From Orbicella franksi (taxonomy: Eukaryota): 64,000 nt of DNA. How positions within the stretch are numbered: position 1 is the first letter of the stretch; each line of letters starts with the position of its first letter. The notes below the pieces were generated by a model. That model saw nothing but the letters and a program-made list of their open reading frames with translations. It did no database searches and had not been told where the DNA came from. Both the position numbers and the translations under genes were made by a program. Below, piece after piece: positions 11,586 to 21,440 of this stretch. The DNA is taken from assembly GCA_964199315.1 (NCBI GenBank), contig OZ116698.1:44144001-44208000 (forward strand), given 5' to 3'.

Positions 11586-11784
11586 TATTATCTGACGGGC
11601 CCGTTTCTCTGGAGTACCCAGTGTCTAAACACAACACTATTTTGCGCCAATGCCCTAGCCTGATACGACCCGTGAAAGCCTTACAAATAGCGGGGAGCAT
11701 AGTTGCGGTTGGAATGGATTAGTCTGTTTCGTAAAATGGGAATCACTGGCGATGTTGAAACTCATGTATTCCTTTTTCTTTTAG

Positions 11785-12970
11785 TGGGAAAGATTTTTCG
11801 CTACACCATCAAACGCGTTACAGGGTTTGGCGAATTTTCAAGGTATAAGCTTAAATGCGTTTTAAAGAGTTGTTTGTTACGAACACACTGTGCTCTCCAT
11901 CCGACCGATTTTGGCTAATTTCTCCTGGCAATTTTATAATTACTTCGTGTTGCAAAAAAGTACTTTTTTCAAATGATACCTGAAACTGGCTGGGCAACTA
12001 AATGTACATTGTTAAGGCGCATAATGACTTCAGTGAGGGTATGGTTCCAGATAATTGAGCGAGTGAATCTGTGATTTATTTACTTCACTACTGCTCCTCG
12101 CCATTAAGTCAAAATACAATAACATACCGTAGACACGTGAACGAAAACGTAGAAAAGTTGAAGTCAGGGATAGAAATCAGCGCTAGCAAAAGCATATACA
12201 CATAACTATATTGTTTTTTCCTTTATTGTCATTTTTGCACTTGTTTTGCTTTGTTATTTTCCCGATAGAGTAATTTCATCCTTTCTGGTCTAACGGAAAG
12301 GAACTACCGAGTTCTTCACCGTTGAGCCACAAATAGCTAAAAGGAATCTATCGCAATGGGTCGACGCACTTGCGAAGTTGGCCAAAAAAGTCTGGCGTTT
12401 CTCCACCGGTCTAAGACCTTTACCAGGGGAAAGTTTCTTATCTGCGACCTACAAGGTGAGGGACACAACTTTGATCAGTGAATGCAATCGATCTTTGTCA
12501 TTAGCTATTTTTTGTTTGTTTGTTTGTGTTTTAATTTCGTTTTTCAGGTACAGTCATTCTGTTATTAACGTTACCTTTACTTGGAACCCATTTTAGAGTA
12601 AACGACACTTTTACATGTTGGATCCACGCTTCTTAGGGACAGACGATGCGCTCAAAGACCTCCGAGTGGCGTCCTTGGACACGGGGTAAGTTCACGGCAT
12701 TTATCGTTGCATGAGGGTTAAATAATTTGGAAATTCACATAACTTCATTCAAAATTATGTCTTCACAGGTTGTTTGGTGTTGGAAACCTGGACGGAGACG
12801 TATTCAAAACTTTTCAGGTTTCGCACAATTGCAATCTCTATTGCAAACTCCTGACTATCGACCGCAAGGAAGATAGATTCCACTCTTTGGATTATTCTTT
12901 GAATTACCTGGTCAAAGGTTGCTCCCGAGAAAGGGCAGATTGTTATTATTTGGATTATTTTAAACAATGA
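11785..12970 (+). pseudogene. Alpha-kinase (eEF2K/TRPM7/ALPK family) catalytic-domain C-lobe, four exons, disrupted
   Basis: GT-AG exons 11785-11842, 12269-12455, 12597-12685 and 12769-12970 give ...GEFSRVISSFLV*RKGTTEFFTVEPQI / ...SLAFLHRSKTFTRGKFLICDLQG / FYMLDPRF... / LFGVGNLDGDVFKTFQVSHNCNLYCKLL. These match the alpha-kinase motifs VEx(Y/F)I, AFSH, DLQG, DP, GxGNL and H-x-C-x3-C. In-frame TAA at 12291-12293 and two frameshifts. Confidence 0.8.
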
Positions 12971-13036
12971 AATTGAATGTTCTCTAACTAACATGTAAAT
13001 TATCGTATATCAGTTATATCCTTAGAGAACTAAATA

Positions 13037-13157
13037 GCTTGCGTAGCTTGGTGGTTTAAGCAATTTGAGCGCGCGTTCCTGGCGGCGTCGCTGCTCTTTT
13101 TCGCGGCTTCGCAGCTATACGCGCGCGCTCAAATTTAAACCGCCAAGCTACGCAGGC
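13037..13157. mobile_element. Palindromic MITE with TA target duplication (Tc1/mariner-type)
   Basis: TA|gcttgcgtagcttggtggtttaa...ttgagcgcgcg ... cgcgcgctcaaatttaaaccgccaagctacgcaggc|TA. Confidence 0.8.
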
Positions 13158-13244
13158 TAACAACTAAAAGGACTCATTATCACTTTTGCTCTTTTTAGAC
13201 TTCTTTTTTGTTTCATTTAAAAGTACCTTTTTATTTCTTTCCAG

Positions 13245-13325
13245 TTATTTGTCACGACCAGGAAATTGCTGTGCAGCGGAAAATGAGCATCACAGCTGAA
13301 GACTTGGTGGTTAATTCATATGCTG
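13245..13325 (+). CDS. Candidate symmetric phase 1-1 coding exon (VICHDQEIAVQRKMSITAEDLVVNSYA)
   Basis: Strong pyrimidine tract plus tttccag acceptor, donor CTG|GTAAGA, 81 bp open. Confidence 0.45.
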
Positions 13326-14164
13326 GTAAGAATGTTAACACTCTTTTTATGTATAATCTAAACTAAGTGACTTTACGTGCTTACGTTTACACGTACTCGG
13401 CTATGAAAACGTTTGTCTGCATAAACGATCGTAATTTCCCCCGCGCTACATCCGCAAAAATCCTCGCAGCATGTACGCGCTGGATGTGCCGCACGCGATG
13501 GCGCAATTTGTTCTAAAAATACCAAAATTGTCCCATATCATAGGGACAGCCCTAATACTTGAAATTTCGTTAAAGATGTATAAATGGAAAACCAACATTT
13601 CTAACTATCCAAAACTTTCTGGGCGCGTGCTTTGCCGGAGGATCGACTTTTGGCTCTGAATCTCTCTACCTCAGGTTTTGAAAAACGCCTGACAATCAAA
13701 CCCTAGTCTGTACAAAGACCTTCTATTTTGTCTTGAGTTGGTCGAGATCGAAAGCTTAGCAAAACATTAAACCGGCGCGTGGGACATGAACAAGCCAAAA
13801 CGCAAGGGGTGGGGCTGAGAAGAGACAAAAACATGTTTTCGTCCGCTTTTCCGTGGCTCTCGCGCTCTACGAAAAAACCACACATTGCAAACCCAAGCTT
13901 TGCATCGCTTCTGGAAAAGCAACTACGCGTGCAAGTATTATGCAAAAATTCCTCCTGCTTTTGCAAATTACGTAATTAGGTAGGTTAGACGCGCGCGCAG
14001 TTATAATTAGTCAGTGACATCATACTTGCCATGCGCGCGTGTACGCTAACTGACACAAGACGCAACAATTCAGTAACTGTCGCAAAGACGAGAAGGTTGT
14101 TTACAGCTAACCAAGGAGAATTTTGACATTATTATCAGCTGTTGAGTTCCTGAGAAAAGTGATC

Positions 14165-14578
14165 ATGGAATCTCCCCGGGAGAAAAGACCAGTACAGTCA
14201 GCTGTGTTTACCATACAAGATGGAAAAAATGCTGCCGCAAGATTGCAACGGCAAATCAACGATCTTGAAGAACGACTTAAGAAATACTTCCAACGTTTAG
14301 ATGAACTAGAAAAGTTCTGCGAGAGAACACAAAACAAATTTGAAGATACCCAAAGACGAATAAGAGAAGAATACGAGTTGATTGAGAAAGAACACGCCAA
14401 GAGAAAAATTGATCGTACTGCGACTCGCAAACGGATAAACGAAAAGATTGAGAGAAGGAACGAGAAGGCAGCGCAGTCCACGGACGAAAACGACCAAGAT
14501 GTGCCAGGAAATGTTTTAAAACAAACAGTAACAGCTTCTGCGGAACTTAAAGACATTAACAGTTTTGAAGTACGGTGA
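14165..14578 (+). CDS. Orphan coiled-coil protein, family copy A (137 aa from ATG)
   Basis: E/K/R/Q-rich helical ORF with a good start context (atcATGG). By-eye ungapped alignment to copy C gives 35/78 identities (MESPREKRPVQSAVF vs METALEKRPVQSAEF). Confidence 0.7.
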   Translation: MESPREKRPVQSAVFTIQDGKNAAARLQRQINDLEERLKKYFQRLDELEKFCERTQNKFEDTQRRIREEYELIEKEHAKRKIDRTATRKRINEKIERRNEKAAQSTDENDQDVPGNVLKQTVTASAELKDINSFEVR

Positions 14579-14711
14579 AGTGTATTGTTAGATATGTAAG
14601 AATAGGTTTCTGTCTGTTAGTTATGATGAAAACTTTGTTAATCTCGGTAGTCCGTAAGACCTATAAAGGAAGCAAATTAGAAGAACAGGAATAAATTTTT
14701 GTACAACTAGC

Positions 14712-15245
14712 GTGAAATACGTGTTGAAACCTGCTGAATACAAAATACCTTTGCAAACAGCTGAATTCACCTTAGAAGACTCGGTGAACGAGAAAACTGC
14801 GCGATCATTAGAATTGCTGCAAAGCATAATCAAAGGACCCTATGAGACCACGACTAGTAGGTCAACTTACTGCAATTTGTTAAATTTGTATTTTTATTTT
14901 GTTTTATTGTTTTCAGAAGGGCTTGTTGGAATGAAAAAAATAGCAAAAAATGGAAAAAATACTGACGTGACAATAGTTCAGTGAAAAGCGCAAACGAACA
15001 AAAAAATATTCTCCAATCTCAGCAAAAAGCGCTTCAGATCAATCACGCACATGAAAAATTTCTCGTGTCAGCTGGCGAGTGAACTTTGTTGCTGCTGTTT
15101 AGTCTTCCTCTCACCTTTCTTGCCGTTTATGTTTGCAACTTTTCATTGCTTGGCGAAAGACAACAATTGTTATCTGTATGGTCGGTTGTGTTCCCACCGG
15201 AGACTCACAGAGAAAACATCAAACCATGGGTTTCACCGGAAGTAA
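14712..15245 (+). pseudogene. Orphan coiled-coil family copy B, degenerate (one in-frame TGA, possible 60-bp intron)
   Basis: Carries the family motif KIPLQTAEFTLED. ORFs 14712-14984 and 15051-15245 are in the same frame with only the TGA at 14982-14984 between them. Ends in a Cys-cluster plus hydrophobic segment (LCCCCLVFLSPFLPFMFATF), like the tail of copy C. Confidence 0.45.
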
Positions 15246-15275
15246 TTACAAGTGAATGGTAGGTGCTTAAAGTTA

Positions 15276-15565
15276 GGCCAAAAGGCACATGAGCCATGCA
15301 GAGCTTATCCCGGTTTCTATATAGCATGAAGCGACTAGTAATATTTCTACTCTCCCCCCCCCCCGGATGGGTTGTTGGGGTCCATCTTATGGCTACCTCC
15401 CAGCATTAAATTTACCGGTACCCATTTATACACCTGGGTGGAGAGAGGCATTGTGAGAGTAACGTATCTTGCCTGAAAACACAACGTGATAACTCCAGCC
15501 AGTGCTCGAACCCAGACCATCCCATTCAGAGTCCAGAGCCCTAATCATAAGGTTACCACCCCTCC
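15276..15565 (-). mobile_element. tRNA-derived SINE with Nin/Deu-like core
   Basis: Minus strand has a tRNA-like head with B box GGTTCGAGCAC (15502-15512), followed by CTCTCTCCACCCAGGTGTATAAATGGGTACCGG, which I recognise as a core of cnidarian SINEs. Confidence 0.75.
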
Positions 15566-15888
15566 AAAGGTGCGTTCTTTGAAATGAATAATTAGTTTTA
15601 CAAAAGATTTTGTTCTCGAATTCTTGCTCTTGTTGTTGTCAAGTTGATCAAATAAAATGGGAAACTTCCAGTCTAGAGTTGGACGTTGACTTCGCCTTCA
15701 CGTGTAGTGCCGACGTTATTTGTTCACGTTATTTCATCGTCCACGGATAACGCTCCTTACGGTTCTGTTCCGGAATTTTTTATCTTGGTGTTGTAAATGT
15801 AAAATGTAAATGCAAATTTAATATCAAACACAGGGAGTGCTTGCGCAATCACCCGAGTCAGAGGCTTATGATAAACTGCTTGACAATA

Positions 15889-16048
15889 ATTAGGATCGAA
15901 CTGGAATTTGGAAATGTTGGTTTTTTGAGGAGAGGGGAAAACCGGAGTACCCGGAGAAGAACATCTCGGAGCAAGGAAGAGAACCAACAACAAACTCAAC
16001 CCTCATATGACGCCGGGTCCGGGAATCGAACCCGGGACACATTGGTGG
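15889..16048 (-). mobile_element. tRNA-derived SINE with V/Meta-like core, 5'-truncated
   Basis: B box GGTTCGATTCC (16022-16032) and core TTCTCCGGGTACTCCGGTTTTCCCCTC on the minus strand. Confidence 0.75.
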
Positions 16049-16285
16049 TCCCTGCAACTAGTCCCGTGAAGAGTTTGCGTGAAAGGACTGGTCGCAGGGA
16101 CTTGTCCCACGAACAGTTCACACGAAGCGTTTTAAGGAACAAGTCTCAAGGACTTGTCCAAAAAATTCCAAGTGGTTTGAATTCATGGGACTAGATTTTG
16201 AAGAAAAAATGGTCAGTTAACACGATGCATGGGACTTGGTCCCCGTGACTTGTGGCAGGGACTAGTCGCCTCGTGTGTGAGGACC
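16047..16285. mobile_element. Truncated TTAA-terminated element with GGGACTAGTC/GGGACTTGTC repeats
   Basis: Repeated gggact(a/t)gtc motifs; ends gtgtgtgaggacc|TTAA; abuts and truncates the SINE head. Confidence 0.55.
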
Positions 16286-16444
16286 TTAACGCTGCTATAC
16301 CTTCCTACAAGCGCGCGCTTCCAGACAAGACGTAATTCAATTGTTACGTATTAACAATGGCTATTACAAAGACGAGATAATTGAGTTAGGTTGTAACCAA
16401 GCGAGCGCAGTTTTGAAATGACAAAATAAATGTTGAGTATTAGT

Positions 16445-16906
16445 ATGGAAACTGCTCTGGAGAAAAGACCAGTGCAATCAGCTGAATTTTCCAATCAAGA
16501 GAGGAAGAACGACATCACAAGATGGCATCGACAGATTTGTCTACTCACATATACACTTGAAAAACACTTTCTCGGTGTAGACGAAGCCGACAAGTTGTGC
16601 CAACGAGCGCAAGAAGAACTGCAAACCTTGGGGCTGAAAATGAGAGAGAAGTACGAAATTATAGAACAGAATGCAGCGAGAAAACTCGAGCTTATTTCAG
16701 CTCTTATTGAAGTGAAGAAAAAACTTAAAATGGAACTGGAGAATGCTGCAAGAGCGCTGGAAGAAATGATTTCTGACGAGGCACAAAACGCGTTAAGATA
16801 TGAAGGAAGTGCCTTGGTTTGTCGCTGTATCAAGACTGGTTGCGCTGTAGTGTTTAACACTATAGCCGTTTATGCGCTTTTTAGAATAATACAGTTTTTT
16901 TTCTAA
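16445..16906 (+). CDS. Orphan coiled-coil protein, family copy C, with a C-terminal hydrophobic (tail-anchor-like) segment (153 aa; upstream ATG at 16430 possible)
   Basis: Paralogous to copy A; heptad-rich helix followed by LVCRCIKTGCAVVFNTIAVYALFRIIQFFF at the very C-terminus. Confidence 0.7.
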   Translation: METALEKRPVQSAEFSNQERKNDITRWHRQICLLTYTLEKHFLGVDEADKLCQRAQEELQTLGLKMREKYEIIEQNAARKLELISALIEVKKKLKMELENAARALEEMISDEAQNALRYEGSALVCRCIKTGCAVVFNTIAVYALFRIIQFFF

Positions 16907-17809
16907 CTACAGATGGACTTGGGGATTATCCTCTAATAGGAACTGAGTACTGTTCTACTTTACTCTTGGGTTCGCATTTTAGTCTAATTGTTGTGTGAGG
17001 CTAAAAAGCTTAGCAATCTTGATTTAAATATAGCAAGCAAATTCGCAAACGTGGAAATAATATTTCTTCTCATCAGCAACATAACCTTGCGAATACATTT
17101 TACTGGTTTCTCGATGACTATGTTGTAGTTGCTTTCCATATTGCCTGTATGACAGTTAGATAACAGGTACAAAACTGTACCCTTTACTGTACTGACAAAT
17201 GGTGCACTAGTGTGTCTTGTACCGCTCTTACAAGTCTAACAGTATAACATTCTCGGGAGAGACTGTCATATAAAAACGTGTTCAACCTCATGAGCTCCAC
17301 AGTGGGAGCTTTTGCTGTACGGTATTGAGCCGAAGAAAACAGGACGGGAGAGATTTGAAAAGTAAGCAATTGTCGGTGAGCCCATCTTTTCTTTTAATAG
17401 ATCACTTACTTTACTCAGAAAAAAAAAAAATCTCTTTTGTTGAATTGAGTCAAGAGATTATGATCCTTCATTTTCTCTTGATTGAGTACGTTTTCCTCAT
17501 ATCTAAATTCCACTTGTGTAACTTCTTTTCAGTTATTATTGAATGTTCTAAGCTAAAATCATCTTAGAATAACGAAAACGTCTAAAAACGCATGGTCTTC
17601 AATGCGCCTTATTTCGAAAACAAACACGTTGACACCCCATTTTTTTGCCTTTTTGGTAAAAGTTGATCCTTACCTTACCGCATGGTAAATCTGTACGCGT
17701 GAACATTTTGAGCGCGAAATTCCTTAACCTCCCTTGCCTTTAAATTATTATAAGAATTGTGCCATTGCATACCCTATACCACCAGAGTATATTATACGTA
17801 CTTTAACTA

Positions 17810-18232
17810 CAGTCGAACCTCTCCATACGGACACCCGGTCTCTCATACCTACAGTTTCCTATGTACCGACAAAATTCAGATACATTTCCTATAAAAATAA
17901 CCCTCTGTTAAAGCAGACAACGGACACTAAATCTCGGCCCTAGGAAGCAAATTCATACAAATTTAACCTTTTTATTACGGACACTCCGGGACCAGGTACC
18001 ATTTCCTGCAGGCGGTTACGCAAACTTTGAAACTAATTGATACCAATACCAGAACATGTCAAAATGTTAGTTTTCAAAACTTACATTTACAAATGCAAAT
18101 AAATTAATACTCTAAGCTGTCAGTGAAGACTTAAAAGTGACGTCATCATAGTGATCTCTCCAATACGGACGCCTGTCTAATACGGACACTTCGCTCTGTC
18201 CCTTCGGTGTCCGTATCAGAGAAGTTCGACTG
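17810..18232. mobile_element. Tc1/pogo-type MITE
   Basis: TA|CAGTCGAACCTCTCCATACGGACACC ... GGTGTCCGTATCAGAGAAGTTCGACTG|TA; subterminal tacggacac repeats. Confidence 0.88.
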
Positions 18233-18428
18233 TATAACTATGACACGTTTCCAACGCTATATGAATACTATAATCTTACCTTTGAAAAATAATTTGTATA
18301 AGATAACATATCTTTTCTCGATTACTGCTTAGTGAAACATTCTGGCATTCTGATTGGTCGGAAATCAGACGTGCGCGTTATCATCACTCTTCAAGGCGTG
18401 GCTGCTAAGCCAAGCCACATTTGCTGTG

Positions 18429-18694
18429 ATGGCAAGTAAACACGTGGGCAGGATTTTTGGTGAAATTTTCGTTTTTCCTGAAGATCATTACTTCACGTCC
18501 GGCACCTTTGAAGCATTTGGAATGTAGGAAAGCGAGATGCAACAGTCTTGGACTGCAATCTTTCCAAGAAATGGCTCTGAAGGCGATTACAGATGTCGTA
18601 AACAGTGGTTTCGTGTGGAACCATTGAACTGTGCTGTGTCAGATTGAAGGCTGCGGACGAAATTGTGCATGAAATCACCAAGGATGGAACAAAG
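18429..18694 (+). pseudogene. Possible decayed first coding exon of an unknown gene
   Basis: Upstream ATTGG box (about 18355), gtgATGG start and donor AAAG|GTAACT. A coding-like peptide needs two 1-bp frameshifts. Confidence 0.2.
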
Positions 18695-19208
18695 GTAACT
18701 CTTGATTTCATTGTTTTAACAGAAAGTGTTTTAAATTTAGTTGTTACTTGTGCTCTTAACGGTGTCTTCTGAAGACGTATATTGAAACATGCGAAACGTC
18801 AAGTAAAATGATATAAGCGTAATATTTTTCCAACATTGCGTTTCATCGTGATGTTCATCACCGCAGTTTCCGTGTGATTTCTTTTTAAGCTACGATCGCC
18901 CAAGAAAAAGAGTATCGTACAGTATATGGTTTTACGATTCATGCATTTCACGGCCTTAAATCAGTTTCTGAATTTATACGCAATTATTGAAACTTGTGCA
19001 GCGCTGTATATAAAGGTTGCATTCAGGCGAGCGCTAGCGTGTGTTGTTTTCCAAATTACTCCATGATTTAGCTTGATATTTTATAGCCCTTTATATTCAC
19101 CTGCTTACTTAAACAATTAGTTGGATGCATGCAAAAGTTGGGAAAGTTTTGAGTGGATACAAACTCGCTGCTCACCGATATTACAATAACACAAGGGTGC
19201 TCACTGGT

Positions 19209-19527
19209 CAACCTCGTTCCCAGGGTCTCTCATCTTACCGCCCCCTTGAGCGAGCAAAGAGAGACCCTGGTTGGGTCTGGTCACGTGTCTCCCAGAGTCT
19301 GGGAGATGACAATTAAATTATTGAAGGGATTGGCGGCCTAGTAGGAATTTTGTCTATACTTAGCCCACGGGAGTGCGGGATATGTTATCACCAAGGTAAA
19401 CCAAGAACGATATGTTCAGCGGCAATGTCTGGCAGTAATATTCTGCAAACGCTGAGGAAAACTTATCCATCGTCTAATAGCGGAAATCCAAGTCACAGTA
19501 AGATGAGAGACCCTGGGAACGAGGTTG
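19209..19527. mobile_element. MITE with perfect 30-bp TIRs and a 9-bp target duplication
   Basis: CAACCTCGTTCCCAGGGTCTCTCATCTTAC (19209-19238) and its exact reverse complement (19498-19527); CTCACTGGT at 19200-19208 and 19528-19536. Confidence 0.92.
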
Positions 19528-21440
19528 CTCACTGGTGTGACAATAAACATGAGGGTGCTCACTGGTGTGACAATAAGGACAAGGGTGTTCACTGGTGTGA
19601 CAATAAGCACAAGGGTGTTCACTGGTGTGACAATAAGCACAAGGGTGCTCACTGGTGTGACAATAAACACAAGGGTGCTCACTGGTGTGACAATAAGCAC
19701 AAGGGTGCTCACTGGTGTGACAGTAAGCACAAGGGTGCTCACTGATGTGACAATAAGCACAGGGGTGCTCACTGATGTGACAATAAGCACAAGGGTGCTC
19801 ACTGATGTGACAATAAGCACAAGGGTGCTCACTGGTGTGACAATAAGCACAAGGGTGCTCACTGATGTGACAATAAGCACAGGGGTGTTCACTGGTGTGA
19901 CAATAAGCACAAGGGTGCTCACTGGTGTGACAATAAACACAAGGGTGCTCACTGGTGTGACAATAAACACAAGGGTGCTCACTGGTGTGACAGTAAGCAC
20001 AAGGGTGCTCACTGATGTGACAATAAGCACAGGGGTGCTCACTGATGTGACAATAAGCACAAGGGTGTTCACTGATGTGACAATAAGCACAAGGGTGCTC
20101 ACTGGTGTGACAATAAACACAAGGGTGCTCACTGGTGTGACAATAAGCACAAGGGTGCTCACTGATGTGACAATAAACACAAGGGTGCTCACTGGTGTGA
20201 CAATAAGCACAAGGGTGCTCACTGGTGTGACAATAAACACAAGGGTGCTCACTGGTGTGACAATAAGCACAAGGGTGCTCACTGATGTGACAATAAACAC
20301 AAGGGTGCTCACTGGTGTGACAATAAGCACAAGGGTGTTCACTGGTGTGACAATAAGCACAAGGGTGCTCACTGGTGTGACAATAAACACAAGGGTGCTC
20401 ACTGGTGTGACAATAAACACAAGGGTGCTCACTGGTGTGACAATAAGCACAAGGGTGCTCACTGGTGTGACAATAAGCACAAGGGTGTTCACTGGTGTGA
20501 CAATAAGCACAAGGGTGTTCACTGGTGTGACAATAAGCACAAGGGTGTTCACTGGTGTGACAAGCACAAGGGTGCTCACTGATGTGACAATAAGCACAAG
20601 GGTGTTCACTGGTGTGACAATAAGCACAAGGTTGCTCACTGGTGTGACAATAAACACAAGGGTGTTCACTGGTGTGACAATGAGCACAAGGGTACTCACT
20701 GGTGTGACAATAAGCACAAGGGTGCTCACGGATGTGATGATAAGAACAATGGTGCTCACTGGTGTGACAGTAAGCACAAGGGTGCTCACTGGTGTGACAA
20801 TAAACACAAGGGTGCTCACTGGTGTGACAGTAAGCACAAGGGTGCTCACTGGTGTGACAATGAGCACAAGGGTGTTCACTGGTGTGACAATAAGCACAAG
20901 GGTGTTCACTGGTGTGACAATAAGCACAAGGGTGTTCACTGGTTGACAATAAACACAAGGGTGTTCACTGGTTGACAATAAGCACAAGGGTGCTCACTGG
21001 TGTGACAATAAGCACAAGGGTGCTCACTGGTGTGACAATAAACACAAGAGTGTTCACTGGTTGACAATAAGGACAAGGGTGTTCACTGGTGTGACAATAA
21101 GCACAAGGGTGCTCACTGGTGTGACAATAAGCACAAGGGTGTTCACTGGTTGACAGTAAGGACAAGGGTGCTCACTGATGTGACAATAAGCACAAGGGTG
21201 TTCACTGGTGTGACAATAAACACAAGGGTGTTCACTGGTGTGACAATAAGCGCAAAGGTGCTCACTGGTGTGACAATGAGCACAAGGGTGCTCACTGGTG
21301 TGACAATAAGTACAATGGTGCTCACTGGTGTAACAAGCATAAGCACGAGTGTTCTCGCTGTTGTAATAGCCATAAGCACAAGGGTGCTTGTTTGTGTGAA
21401 TACATGCCCAAACCTAAGGTGCTCACTGGCTTGATAGGCA
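19528..21440. repeat. 30-bp minisatellite, about 60 copies, consensus CTCACTGGTGTGACAATAAGCACAAGGGTG
   Basis: Directly visible (two units per 60-nt line); decays into degenerate units up to about 21540. One degenerate unit lies left of the MITE at about 19170-19208. Confidence 0.98.

Noticed and set aside
15502-16032. tRNA genes (B boxes GGTTCGAGCAC and GGTTCGATTCC)
   Set aside because: Both continue into SINE core sequences and no complete cloverleaf is evident.
14107-16860. Antisense ORFs 14107-14556 and 16495-16860
   Set aside because: Shadow frames of the coiled-coil genes; Ser/Phe/Leu-rich as expected for the reverse of E/K-rich codons.
19416-20987. 473-523 aa Thr/Val-rich ORFs (VLTGVTISTR and VTPVSTLVLI repeats) as real proteins
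   Set aside because: A 30-bp unit without stops is automatically open in four frames. These ORFs start at TTG, and the recurrent variants are almost all non-synonymous in these frames.
19528-21440. CRISPR array (30-bp repeats with a weak internal palindrome)
   Set aside because: Units are head-to-tail with no unique spacers, there are no cas genes, and the context is eukaryotic.
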